A stretch of DNA of 64,000 nt from a virus (taxonomy: Duplodnaviria > Caudoviricetes). Each line of letters begins with the position of its first letter. Within the stretch, counting starts at the first letter, position 1. The DNA lies in the IMG/VR virus record IMGVR_UViG_3300014204_000124, positions 65,635 to 129,634 of that record. One strand, written 5' to 3'. The notes below the pieces were generated by a model. The model was given only the letters and a program-made list of their open reading frames with translations. It was not told the origin of the DNA and ran no database searches. Shown one piece after another: positions 34,441-44,270 of this stretch. The position numbers and the translations under genes are program-made.

Positions 34441-37203
34441 ATGGGATTCAAGGATGCGATACGGAAGCGAGTCAACGAGTTTCTGAACGCTGAGAGAGAT
34501 ATTCCTTTATCGAAGGAACAACTACGGGACTCGGGCAAAAAGGTGGCTGGGGCTTTTGAGTCTGGCATTACTCCTTCGGAATTAGACGTATGGAATTGGT
34601 ACGAGTCAAGAGTTTCTGTTGAGCGAGATTTGAAATCACGATATTTAGATTACGAGAGTATGGATGATTATCCTGACTTCTGCCTTTCCGGCGATACTCT
34701 CGTCTATACTCTGTGGGGGCCGATTCCTTTCAGGAAACTGGCCGAGGAGTATGCCGATAAGGAAATTCCCATCTTGGCCTATGACCGTGGGAACAGACGC
34801 TTTGTACCCTCGATAGGTATCAAGCCACGGCTTACGGCGAAAGGGGCTAAGGTCGTTCGTGTCGTGTTCGATGACGGGACGGTCCTTGTGGGGACGCCCG
34901 ATCATCCGATTATGATGATGGATGGCAGCTACTTCCCGCTTGGTGATTTGCGAACCGGGATGTCTGTCCAGCCCATGTTTACCAGGATGGGGCGGATGGG
35001 TTATCTTGAGGTGATGCAGCCTCTTCAAGATCAGTCTGGCCGGGCGAAATACCAATGGGAGCTTGTCCACCGAATGGTTGCCGCTGCGATCTATGGTGCC
35101 GACAAGATAGAAGGGATGATCGTTCACCACAAGGATCGTGATAGGTCAAACGCGGACCCGGCAAATCTGGAGGTTATGACGGGGCACGAGCACGCTCGAA
35201 TTCATTTTGAAGCTGGTGATTCAGTAGTGGATTGGACTCCGGCGAGAAGGGCGGCTGTAGGTGAGCGGATGCTGGGCAACAAGCATCGGGCTGGGACAAC
35301 GTCTTCGGACGAGACTAGACTGAAGCAAAGCGTTTCCATGAAGGCATACAAGTCGCAGCATCCGAATCAGAATGAGGAGTGGGTTAGGAAGCGGGCAGAA
35401 GCAACACGGATTGTTCTCTCGGAAGATATTGTGCGGGAAGCGGCAAAAGGGGCTGGTTCTGTGCTTGACGTGGCCACGAGGTTGGAAGTTAGCTGGAGGG
35501 TGGCCAGCCGTCACTTAGAGAGATTCGGGATTGACTTCAAGAAGGAGAGGGACCTTTTCTATGAGGTTCGGGACAAAGGGGAAGAAGCGAAGAAGGAGAG
35601 TGCTCGGAAGGCGAGCAAGAGATCTCGCTGGGGCCATGCAGCTAATCATAAGGTAATGAAGGTCGAAGATTGGGGCACTGAGGATGTTTATGACCTATCC
35701 GTCCCTGGGTTGGAAAACTTTGTTGCCAATGGAGTAGTGGTACACAACTCGGCGGCCCTCGACACATGGGCCGATGAAAGCACACAGCCAGATCAAATGA
35801 AGAAGGTTTCTGTATGGGTTGAGTCTCCAACGCACACCATCGCTGAGAGAGGCAACGAAATTCTTGATTTGATAGGTATAGAAAATGATATGTGGGGTCT
35901 TTCCAGGGGGTTGGCCAAATATGGCGACCAATATGGTGAGTTATTGTTGAATGAGAACGGCGTGGTTGGTATCCAGTATCTGGACACACCTACGGTGAGG
36001 GTAGTTGCCAAGTCTGGGAAGGAAATTGGGTATGTTCAAGATCCAGAGGGCAAATTTGATATTACTCCTACGTTGTTTGAGAAGGTTTTGGCAGAGGGCA
36101 ATGGGATAGCGGGCGAGATGGCTTTGTTCCACCCTTGGGAGGTTGTGCATTGGAAGTTGATGCTCCGGCGGCTGAGGGGGCTTTACGGCCACGGGATTGG
36201 GGAGTCGGTGCGTTGGCTGCACAAGCGAGTGATAATGCTTGAAGACAGCGCCGTGCTATTCAAGATTACTCGCGCACCTGTGCGGACTGCTTACTATGTG
36301 GCGTGTGGGGAGATTCCCCCTGAGAAGCGGTTGGCATACGTGAAGCAGGTGAAGAGCCAGTTTCGGAAGAAGCAGTTCAAGTCGCCGGACGGGAAGATCA
36401 ATTTTGCGTATAATCCAATGAACCCGCATGAGGAATACTGGTTGCCGTCTGGAGGTGGGGCGGGGGATACTCGTATCGAATCTATAGGTGGTTCAGATTT
36501 CCAGTCTATGGAACTACTTGATTATATGCAGGCGAAATACCACATGGCGTTGAAGGTTCCACGAACGCATATGGGGTTTGCCGGGGAACCAGCCCAAGCT
36601 ATGCTAGCGCAGATTGACGTGAAGTTTGCTAGGGCTGTTTTGCGGTTGCAGGCGGCGATATGCAGGGGTGTAGACCGGACTTTGGAAGTGGATCTAATGG
36701 CAAGAAACATTGATCCCAGCACGGTCAAATATGCTGCTCGGATGACGATGCCGTCTTCGATATTTGAGTTAGCGAGGATGGAAGTCTGGAACGCCAGGGC
36801 AGACCTGATGTCGAGGATAGGTGAGCAGATGCCGCTGGTTTGGATGTTGATGAACATTGTGGGGTTATCGGAGGATGAGGCGGCGCAAGTGATTGCGTTG
36901 AAGCAGTACGAGAAGCGGATGCTGGCTCTCTGGGATGCCAGGAATATGGCAGATGCCGAGAAAATCCAGACCGGTGCGGGCGGCGATTCTAGCGGCGGAG
37001 GGTATGAATCTGTGCAGCCCTTCTTGCCCCAAAAGGTGTTGCACGAGGAGCGGGCCTTGGAAGCGAGGTTCAGGCGGTCTGACGAGAAGCGGGTTTTGGA
37101 GAAGGTAAATTCTTTGTTGGTGAGGGACGTTGGAATGGCTCATAGGTTGCAGGAATTACGCTCGATGATTCGAGAGATTCATCGGCAAACGGTATTGAAG
37201 TGA
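34441..37203 (+). CDS. portal protein (T4 gp20-like), contains an intein
   Basis: YESMDDYPD, AALD..ADE, KYGD, LEDS....ITRAP.R, EEYWLP, KVP. Confidence 0.92.
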   Translation: MGFKDAIRKRVNEFLNAERDIPLSKEQLRDSGKKVAGAFESGITPSELDVWNWYESRVSVERDLKSRYLDYESMDDYPDFCLSGDTLVYTLWGPIPFRKLAEEYADKEIPILAYDRGNRRFVPSIGIKPRLTAKGAKVVRVVFDDGTVLVGTPDHPIMMMDGSYFPLGDLRTGMSVQPMFTRMGRMGYLEVMQPLQDQSGRAKYQWELVHRMVAAAIYGADKIEGMIVHHKDRDRSNADPANLEVMTGHEHARIHFEAGDSVVDWTPARRAAVGERMLGNKHRAGTTSSDETRLKQSVSMKAYKSQHPNQNEEWVRKRAEATRIVLSEDIVREAAKGAGSVLDVATRLEVSWRVASRHLERFGIDFKKERDLFYEVRDKGEEAKKESARKASKRSRWGHAANHKVMKVEDWGTEDVYDLSVPGLENFVANGVVVHNSAALDTWADESTQPDQMKKVSVWVESPTHTIAERGNEILDLIGIENDMWGLSRGLAKYGDQYGELLLNENGVVGIQYLDTPTVRVVAKSGKEIGYVQDPEGKFDITPTLFEKVLAEGNGIAGEMALFHPWEVVHWKLMLRRLRGLYGHGIGESVRWLHKRVIMLEDSAVLFKITRAPVRTAYYVACGEIPPEKRLAYVKQVKSQFRKKQFKSPDGKINFAYNPMNPHEEYWLPSGGGAGDTRIESIGGSDFQSMELLDYMQAKYHMALKVPRTHMGFAGEPAQAMLAQIDVKFARAVLRLQAAICRGVDRTLEVDLMARNIDPSTVKYAARMTMPSSIFELARMEVWNARADLMSRIGEQMPLVWMLMNIVGLSEDEAAQVIALKQYEKRMLALWDARNMADAEKIQTGAGGDSSGGGYESVQPFLPQKVLHEERALEARFRRSDEKRVLEKVNSLLVRDVGMAHRLQELRSMIREIHRQTVLK
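34681..35748 (+). mobile_element. intein (356 aa) with HNH homing endonuclease
   Basis: CLSGDT...GTPDHP...VHRMVA..VHHKDRDRSN..N.E..H...VYDL..NFVANGVVVHN followed by Ser. Confidence 0.95.
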
Positions 37204-37265
37204 ATCGATATCTTGACATGGTCGTTTAGGCACGGGTAATATGGGGCCGTGCTGGGAGGAGATGT

Positions 37266-38099
37266 ATGTTTCCTGAGACGATTAAAAAACTTAGATCTGG
37301 CAGTCTTGAACTGATTCGGGAGAGATTCTGTGCTAGGTGGCCCGGCGAGACGGTGATTGCCACATTCGCTAGGCATGTTATTTCAGAGCAAAACGGGACT
37401 TTTTTTCAGCGTAGTCTGAACGAGGATTTCGAATTTGGTGAAGCCGATGTGTTGCTCCGGTCTGGGGAGTCGGTGTTAGAGACGAGAGCTTTGGCTGAAC
37501 GTATAGTGGACGCAGTTGTGTCCGGCAGAGATGTCACCGAAGACATGGATGCTTTTTTAGACAGAGTATCGTCAGGGCATGACTTCTCAGTGAAGGCGGT
37601 GAAGGAGTCGGTTATCGGCGTGTTGACTACCACCAATGAGTGGCGTTCTTTTTACCGTAGATATGAGCCTCGTATTCGGAAAATTCTGCATGGCGAGTTG
37701 GGAGTTTTGGAGGATCGCAGGTTGAAGCCCAAGTATCGGAAGATCCGTTTAGGGAATTTCAACGAAGAGGATAAAGCTGCTGCTATACCTTCTGTTCGGA
37801 TGTCATTCGGCGAGGTTTTGGCTCGTCTCGCTGGCATTCGTGCTGAATTAGCGGAGATGGTTATACCGGATGTTTCGAGAGATGCCATTGAACAGGATTT
37901 GTTCCAGATGCGGGGGATGAAGCGGATTTTGGAAGACGAGTTGGCGCAGATGTCTGACCATATATCGGGGTTAGATATCAATGTTGACAATGTTTCGGAA
38001 GCGGCGGCTACCTATGATTTGGTTGCCGACGAGGTAGGCAGATATGAAGTAATGGCGCTGTTTCTCAGGCGTGCCACGAATGTCGCTGCGGCGGCGTAG
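37266..38099 (+). CDS. hypothetical head-module protein
   Basis: GGAGG RBS; lies between portal and protease. Confidence 0.7.
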   Translation: MFPETIKKLRSGSLELIRERFCARWPGETVIATFARHVISEQNGTFFQRSLNEDFEFGEADVLLRSGESVLETRALAERIVDAVVSGRDVTEDMDAFLDRVSSGHDFSVKAVKESVIGVLTTTNEWRSFYRRYEPRIRKILHGELGVLEDRRLKPKYRKIRLGNFNEEDKAAAIPSVRMSFGEVLARLAGIRAELAEMVIPDVSRDAIEQDLFQMRGMKRILEDELAQMSDHISGLDINVDNVSEAAATYDLVADEVGRYEVMALFLRRATNVAAAA

Positions 38100-38114
38100 C
38101 ATGGAGGTGTTGGT

Positions 38115-38825
38115 ATGAACGGTAAAAGGAACCCTGACCTGCTGAGCAAGGAACTAAGGGAAGTTGGGATTTTAACAGAGCAGGTTGACCAGTTGATGGG
38201 TGAACGGGCAGAAGGGGAGCAAGTCGACGAGGGCTTAAAGGTCATTCGTAAAAAGGTCGGCGGCGCAGCCCGTCGGCTTAAGCTGAAAGCGAAGAAGTAT
38301 TACCGTAAATTCAAGGGCAAGCTCAAGCGAGCGGCCCGCAAGTGGAAGAAGAGTTCTGCTGGCAAGCGCTTCGCTCGTTTGGTAAAGCGGTACAAAACCC
38401 GTGTAGGCAAGATACTGGCGAAGGGTGGGAGCAAGAAGCGTATTAGTTATAGTTCCACCAATTCGCCTGCTTCCAATTTGGCGGAGCGTATCCAAGCAGA
38501 GGCTCGTGGTTTGTTCGAATCTGAGGTTAGCGACGAACGCGGAATCATGCTTGAGAATTACACCACCGGGGCGGAACTTGCGCTGGGGTTTACGCTTAGG
38601 TACGCGGGGATGGGGAAGGACGATGTTGCAGAGCAGATGATGAATGTAGCCGAGGGTTTGTTGGATTTAGCCGACAACGTTGAGGCAGGGACGGTTGAGA
38701 ATACTGAGGCGCTATCTATTTCGGAGTTGGGAGCGTTTAGGGGTTTGCTGGCCTGTGCTGAGGACTATTTTCGCAACTATGCGGACGAGGAAGGCAGTTC
38801 CTTTCTCGAAGACGACGACGACTAG
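38115..38825 (+). CDS. prohead core-like protein with a highly basic segment
   Basis: LTE/VDE motifs then a Lys/Arg-rich block (KAKKYYRKFKGKLKRAARKWKK); position analogous to T4 gp67/gp68. Confidence 0.65.
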   Translation: MNGKRNPDLLSKELREVGILTEQVDQLMGERAEGEQVDEGLKVIRKKVGGAARRLKLKAKKYYRKFKGKLKRAARKWKKSSAGKRFARLVKRYKTRVGKILAKGGSKKRISYSSTNSPASNLAERIQAEARGLFESEVSDERGIMLENYTTGAELALGFTLRYAGMGKDDVAEQMMNVAEGLLDLADNVEAGTVENTEALSISELGAFRGLLACAEDYFRNYADEEGSSFLEDDDD

Positions 38826-39027
38826 TTCGGACTGGTTTCCCGCCCTATTTTTTCAGGGCGGGTTATCCGAACGGGCCAGGAAGCGGCGGACGGCGTATAG
38901 AAGTGGCAGGCTGGAGTTGATTGGTTGGAAACCGACGAGTTTTAAGCGCCGGAAGAGTCCTGAAAAGGACAGTTCGGTTTTGGCCCGGACGCCTTTTCGG
39001 AGCCAACATAGGTGGAGGCGGTATTAA
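38826..39027 (+). other. structured intergenic element overlapping a start-less basic ORF
   Basis: Several nested stems; +1-frame ORF ends in TAATG overlapping the protease start. Confidence 0.55.
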
Positions 39028-40709
39028 TGAAAGTGGACCCCAAAGCGCAGTTGCTTATAGAGACATATGAGTTATCGGGATATCAGCTTGACGAGTCGGC
39101 GAAGAGTGAGGGGCGTGTTGTTCTGAAGGGGGTGTTTGCGAAGGCCGACGTTCCTACCAAGAACAAGCGCATTTACGGCAGGTCCTCGTGGGTCGAGAAC
39201 ATCGCCCGCATGAAGCCTGACATGAAGCGCAAGGCGGTCAAGGGGGAAGTGGACCATCCGGCAGACGGGAAAACTCGGTTGTCGAGGGTGAGTCACTTCC
39301 TCACGGATCTGGAATTGGAGAGCGACGGCACTATTGTAGGCACAATGGAGTTGCTGCCTGATAAGCCAGGGTCACCTGCGTCACAGTTACATTCTATCAT
39401 TCAGGCTGGTGGTGTCATTGGTGTTTCTAGCCGCGGTTTCGGCCTGACTGAGACTGACAAGCACGGTAATACTGTGATCAAGGAAGGCACGTTCCGTTTG
39501 GACACGTTTGACGCGGTGGAAGATCCTGCGGTGAAGTCCGCATATCCCACAGTGTACTATGAGGATGTGTGCCGTAGTTGCGGTCTGGAAGAGGAAGAAT
39601 TACAGGCGAAGTTAGAAGAGGCCACGAAGATGGTGGCCCAACTGACCGAGCGTGTTAGTGGAAGCGATATTGAGCCTATAGTTCGGCAGCGTCTTGCTGC
39701 GCAGCTTTCCGATGCTTTCAACAGAAAGCGAGCGGAGTTGGAAGAGAGTATTAGAAGCGACCTATTGACGGACCCAAAGACGGGGCTTGCTAGGAAAATT
39801 ATAGAGCAGATTGCGATGCTTGTGGCTCCCTTCGGGTCTGTGCATGTTGGGGAATCGGAAGATCTGAAGGTAGAGTTGGCGGATCTTCGTGCGAAGCTAT
39901 CAGAAGCTACCAATATGGTGCATGGGTTGACTATGCGGTTGCGGTTGGAAGAGGCTCTTCGTGGTGAGCAGAGCACGGAGCTTTTCGAGCAATTGATTGG
40001 GGACGTGGGCCAGTATGATTTAGACTCACTCAATGCGAGGATCGTTGCTATCAGGAGGGAGTTAGAGAAATCAGGTCTGCGCAAGCCGGTGGTCGAGGCG
40101 CAAGAGTATGAGGAGGCGGCCAGCAAGGCGTCGGATATGATAGAGGCATTGAGGGGGGAATTGGAAGAGCAACGTGAGCTATTGCAGGAGAGCATTCGTG
40201 CAAATCGTGAACTTGCTGCTGAGCGAGACGGAGCTCTTGAAGAGGCGTCAAAGCCTGGGGAAAGGGAAAGCGAGCTGAGAACTGAAAACGAGCGGTTGCG
40301 GGCGGAAGGTGTGCGGTTGAAAAAAGAGTTGAAGGGGGTTACTGAGTTGGCGGAGCGCTCTGAGTTTGAGGTCTCGGTCGAGCGATTAATAGCGCATCGT
40401 GCGGATAGAGAGGCGATTAGAGAGACGGTGCTAAAGTGTGGAGATATTCAAGAAGCGAAAAACATGCTTCGGCGCATGTCGGATAGTGGTGGCGCTACCC
40501 GGAGTGTGCGGGAGCAGGTTTTGAATAGGGTAAGCCGTGGCAGGGAAGTGTTCGATGACAGTGCGTTGGGATCTGAGAATGTTGGTTCGGGAGTGGTATC
40601 GGTCGGCCCGGCACCTAATTCGCCATCGGGGTCTTCTGCGTTGGCAGAGGAACTGCTGGAGGTAGGGATTCTGGTGGAAACCGCTCGTGGCACCAATGGA
40701 GGCGGCTAG
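39027..40709 (+). CDS. prohead protease (T4 gp21-like) fused to a coiled-coil scaffold
   Basis: NKRIY, GEVDHP, VSH, GVSSRGFG, FDAVEDPA; long acidic coiled coil. Confidence 0.9.
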   Translation: MKVDPKAQLLIETYELSGYQLDESAKSEGRVVLKGVFAKADVPTKNKRIYGRSSWVENIARMKPDMKRKAVKGEVDHPADGKTRLSRVSHFLTDLELESDGTIVGTMELLPDKPGSPASQLHSIIQAGGVIGVSSRGFGLTETDKHGNTVIKEGTFRLDTFDAVEDPAVKSAYPTVYYEDVCRSCGLEEEELQAKLEEATKMVAQLTERVSGSDIEPIVRQRLAAQLSDAFNRKRAELEESIRSDLLTDPKTGLARKIIEQIAMLVAPFGSVHVGESEDLKVELADLRAKLSEATNMVHGLTMRLRLEEALRGEQSTELFEQLIGDVGQYDLDSLNARIVAIRRELEKSGLRKPVVEAQEYEEAASKASDMIEALRGELEEQRELLQESIRANRELAAERDGALEEASKPGERESELRTENERLRAEGVRLKKELKGVTELAERSEFEVSVERLIAHRADREAIRETVLKCGDIQEAKNMLRRMSDSGGATRSVREQVLNRVSRGREVFDDSALGSENVGSGVVSVGPAPNSPSGSSALAEELLEVGILVETARGTNGGG

Positions 40710-40747
40710 GGCGTGATTGGTTCGAACCGACATTCGTGGAGGATACG

Positions 40748-42283
40748 ATGGAACAGAGAGATTTTTCTAGGGTAACAGAGGCACGCGGCTCCGAGAGTCG
40801 TCGTTCTATTTTTGATTCTCGCTACATCTCTGAATTAGAGAACAAGTGGGGACCGGTATTGGAGGGCATCAAGGGCGGATATCACCGCCGGGTGTGCGCT
40901 ATGGCTTTTCAGGCCCAGCTTGAAGAGCTTCAGCGAGCCAAACTTGGCAGCCATCTTACTGAGGATGTATCGACTGCCAATGTGGGACCGTACACCAAGT
41001 ACATTTTCCCTATTTTGCGTCGACTTTTCCCCAATCTGATTGCCCATAATATCGTGACTGTGCAGCCCATGAACGCTCCGGTAGGAGCTGTGTTCTTCTG
41101 GGATTACAAGTATGGCACGACCAAGGGGGGCGTTATAGCAGGGCAGTCTGCGCCTGGGACCGATCCTTTTTACTCTTCGGAGTACATCAATGGGGAAGGG
41201 CTTGGGACTGGCGATGCTGCGAAGTGGGGCGGCGGCGGCGCTGCGGCCAATTGGCAGTTGAGCTTCTACCCGATTCGGCCTCTCAACACGACCTACAACT
41301 TCTCGGTGATCATCCGTGAAGAGACCCCTTCGGGGGCGGTTGTTCAGACGGCTACCGACAATGGCTCTGGCACGTTCGTTGGGAACGTTCAGGCTGGCAG
41401 CGTTATAAACTACGCTACTGGCGCTGTTACCGGGTTCAAGTTCACCAATGCTCCGGCCAACCTGAATCTCATCAAGGGTTACTACTCCTACAACATGGAG
41501 ATGAACTCATTGGTGCCGGAGTATAATTTTGATATTGCGATGGAAGCCGTTGCGGCCAAGCCACGCAAGCTGAAGTTCCGGTGGTCTCCTGAGTCGATGG
41601 AAGATCTTTCTGCATTCCACGGTATGTCGGGCGAATCCGAATTGGTGTCTGGTGTTGCATCGCAGATGCTGTACGAGATTGATCGTGAGGTCATCCAGGA
41701 TGTGAGCGGTTTTGCTGCGCAAGGGACAACGGCCACGTTCGATATGACCGTGCCTTCCGAAATGGTGAACTCCCTGGACGCTATGGGCCGTATTTTCATG
41801 CCAATGAACGATATTACATCGGCCATTCACCGCAAGACTATGCGTGGTCCTGCGAACTGGATTGTCACCTCACCTCAGATGGTCGGTCTGATTGAGAATT
41901 TCGCAATTCACGGGGACTACCGTGGTATTTTTGCGAAGGAAGGTAATCCGGCGGCTGGTCTCGACTATCAGGTGGTTGATCCTGCTTGGGGCGGCATTTC
42001 CAGCAATATGGGTGTAACCAGGATTGGTGTGCTCAACAAAAAGTGGACGGTGTATCAGGACCCAGGTTACGCTTACAACCGCATGTTGTTTGGGCTTAAG
42101 GGTGGTTCTTTCTTGGATGCCGGATATGCGTGGTGTCCCTATGTCACCATCCAAATGACTCAGTCATTTGAGGACCCGTCCGACTTCTCCATGAAGAAAG
42201 GTGTGCGTTCTCGTTATGCTACCAAACGTTTGCGACCGGAATGGTACGGCCTCATGACCGTAACAGGGTGGACTTCGGTATAG
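40748..42283 (+). CDS. major capsid protein (T4 gp23-like)
   Basis: PILRR.FPNLIA..IV.VQPM..P, RKLK..WS.E, EIDRE, YAWCPYV, GVRSRY. Confidence 0.95.
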   Translation: MEQRDFSRVTEARGSESRRSIFDSRYISELENKWGPVLEGIKGGYHRRVCAMAFQAQLEELQRAKLGSHLTEDVSTANVGPYTKYIFPILRRLFPNLIAHNIVTVQPMNAPVGAVFFWDYKYGTTKGGVIAGQSAPGTDPFYSSEYINGEGLGTGDAAKWGGGGAAANWQLSFYPIRPLNTTYNFSVIIREETPSGAVVQTATDNGSGTFVGNVQAGSVINYATGAVTGFKFTNAPANLNLIKGYYSYNMEMNSLVPEYNFDIAMEAVAAKPRKLKFRWSPESMEDLSAFHGMSGESELVSGVASQMLYEIDREVIQDVSGFAAQGTTATFDMTVPSEMVNSLDAMGRIFMPMNDITSAIHRKTMRGPANWIVTSPQMVGLIENFAIHGDYRGIFAKEGNPAAGLDYQVVDPAWGGISSNMGVTRIGVLNKKWTVYQDPGYAYNRMLFGLKGGSFLDAGYAWCPYVTIQMTQSFEDPSDFSMKKGVRSRYATKRLRPEWYGLMTVTGWTSV

Positions 42284-42295
42284 TAGGTTTCACAT

Positions 42296-42327
42296 CGCGG
42301 CCGGTGGTAGCCACACTGCTGGCCGCG
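42296..42327 (+). terminator. GC-rich hairpin after the capsid gene (terminator or mRNA stabiliser)
   Basis: CGCGGCCG...TGGCCGCG; no U-tract. Confidence 0.45.
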
Positions 42328-42343
42328 TTAGAGGTATGGAACA

Positions 42344-42736
42344 ATGGCAAGACGATTCAAATTTCCTGAGTCTAACGTAGCTGCTTGTGTGTTGCATTAT
42401 TTTATTCAGGGCAAGGGTGAGGGAAGAGAGAGCGTTGCGCCGGGGCAGGTCGTTGAGGGTGACCACTTCGCACAGTTTGTGCAGGAGGGCCTTCTATACG
42501 AGGTTTTTTCATTGCCGGAGCCTAAGCCCGTTGTGGCTGAGAAGCCACAGGTAAAATACAACCCTGTTGTCGGTGTCGCTGATAAGATGGCGGCTGGGAT
42601 GGCCGCTTTCGTGTCGAAACCAGTGTTTACGTTGCCGGAGTCTAAGTCTGTTATAGTTGATATGCCGGTAGCGGAAGTCGTTGCGGATGAACAACCGAAG
42701 CGGGTTAAGAAGGGTAAGAAGGGGCGCTACGCTTAG
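42344..42736 (+). CDS. hypothetical virion-module protein
   Basis: RBS; Pro/Lys-rich tail. Confidence 0.6.
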   Translation: MARRFKFPESNVAACVLHYFIQGKGEGRESVAPGQVVEGDHFAQFVQEGLLYEVFSLPEPKPVVAEKPQVKYNPVVGVADKMAAGMAAFVSKPVFTLPESKSVIVDMPVAEVVADEQPKRVKKGKKGRYA

Positions 42737-42756
42737 CCTCTTTTCTGGAGGTAACA

Positions 42757-43494
42757 GTGTCCTATCGACCTATCAGTGAAGCGGAAGCTACGGAACAGAT
42801 CCAGGCGTTACTAGGATATCCTGTCGTTGGGGTCGAGATGGCACCCGAGAATTTTACGGCGGCATTCAACGCTACGTGTCGATGGTTCGTTTCGCGCAAG
42901 GGGCAGACGAAGCGGCACACCATCCCATTGGTGGCCGGTATTCAGGAGTATTCTTTGCCGGATGATTGTGATGTAGTAGTCGATGTTATGCTTCCTCCGG
43001 GGCGTTATGATGTTCAGTCGCAGCTTTTGGATTTTGGGCTTGAGTTAGGGGGGGTTCCTGTAGCGTACACGCGAGGGAATGATCGTTCCGGTCTTGGCGG
43101 ATATAGTGGATTGGTCCAGCGATTGGAGTACAACGAGATTGCGAGGGACATTTTCTCGTCGTCGGGCGAATGGGTTTACGACGAGTTGAATCGCAAGTTG
43201 GTCATTGGTGGGCAGCCAGCGGCTGGCGCTCTAATGATGGTTCTCTACAAGAGTTTGCTGCTTGATTTGGCGAAGACGACCAGCATTGAGTTGGAACTGT
43301 TTATGGACTATTTTTTAGCGGCTACGAAAGTGACCTATGGTAGAATTTTGAGGAAACACACTGATATTCCAGGGGCCAGTGGTGCCAAGAATATGGACGG
43401 TGAGTCTCTTGTTTCAGAGGGAACGGAGGCTATGGCCGCTTTGAATGAGCGGATCGGGCTGTTGAATAACCCAGCTCCTTTCTTTGCGGAGTAA
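42757..43494 (+). CDS. neck/head-tail adaptor (T4 gp13-like)
   Basis: LGYPVVGVE, A.K..YGRILRK..IPG...MDGESL. Confidence 0.8.
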   Translation: MSYRPISEAEATEQIQALLGYPVVGVEMAPENFTAAFNATCRWFVSRKGQTKRHTIPLVAGIQEYSLPDDCDVVVDVMLPPGRYDVQSQLLDFGLELGGVPVAYTRGNDRSGLGGYSGLVQRLEYNEIARDIFSSSGEWVYDELNRKLVIGGQPAAGALMMVLYKSLLLDLAKTTSIELELFMDYFLAATKVTYGRILRKHTDIPGASGAKNMDGESLVSEGTEAMAALNERIGLLNNPAPFFAE

Positions 43495-43497
43495 CGA

Positions 43498-43995
43498 ATG
43501 GATAATGTGCCACGGCGATTGATTGGGGATCGCGATATTGGGTTGTTTGATACTTTGGCGATGGAAGAGGTGCGTTTATACGGCGTATCAGGCGAGTATT
43601 ATTTTTTAAAAAAGCGGAACTATGACCCGATAGACCAGGAGTTATACCGGGAGTTGTTCGATGGTCCGTTCCCGTTTTTGTCAAACGCAGAGTGGTCGCA
43701 GACGACGGGGGAAAATGAGGCCAGTGAGAATGGGTTCAAGAGGATGTGGGAAGCGGATGTTCGGATACCGCGCAAGCGGTTTGAAGAGATGGGGGAAGGT
43801 CGAAGTCCCAAGATAGGTGATGCGGTGCGGTTGTTTGTTGCCGAGTCGAGTGGGGATGAGTGGTTCGACGTTATTTTTGCAAGCCAGGGCGAACCTGTTT
43901 ACAGTTCGTCGAATTTTGTGTGGTATGTATTGAAGGTTAGGATGCGGAGTGAGTACGAACCTATTCGCAGGATGAAAGAGGAGGATTTGACGTGA
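43498..43995 (+). CDS. neck protein (T4 gp14-like)
   Basis: E.VRLYG....Y, LY.E, P.IGD; follows the gp13-like gene. Confidence 0.65.
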   Translation: MDNVPRRLIGDRDIGLFDTLAMEEVRLYGVSGEYYFLKKRNYDPIDQELYRELFDGPFPFLSNAEWSQTTGENEASENGFKRMWEADVRIPRKRFEEMGEGRSPKIGDAVRLFVAESSGDEWFDVIFASQGEPVYSSSNFVWYVLKVRMRSEYEPIRRMKEEDLT

Positions 43996-44270
43996 AAACT
44001 GTAGCTTCGGAGATGAGCAAAAACGAATTGATTGAGGGGGCCATGAAGTTGCCCGTATTGGTTCGGGAATTGGAGATTGGAGACCCTGTAGTCGTGAGGG
44101 ATCGGTCGTGGGAACATCAGCGGTTTGTAGGGCGGGTTAGCGAGTCTAATCCCAAATTAGGGTATGTCGTTGTTTTGCTTGATGAGGGAGGGGTCCGGGC
44201 GTTTGACGAGAGCACCTATCTTATGTATAAGATGACCAATGAGGCGGCGAAGGGGGTGCTAGGTGGATAA
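43992..44270 (+). CDS. small SH3-like protein
   Basis: ELEIGDPVVV...VGRV; LIEG leader motif. Confidence 0.55.
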   Translation: MKTVASEMSKNELIEGAMKLPVLVRELEIGDPVVVRDRSWEHQRFVGRVSESNPKLGYVVVLLDEGGVRAFDESTYLMYKMTNEAAKGVLGG

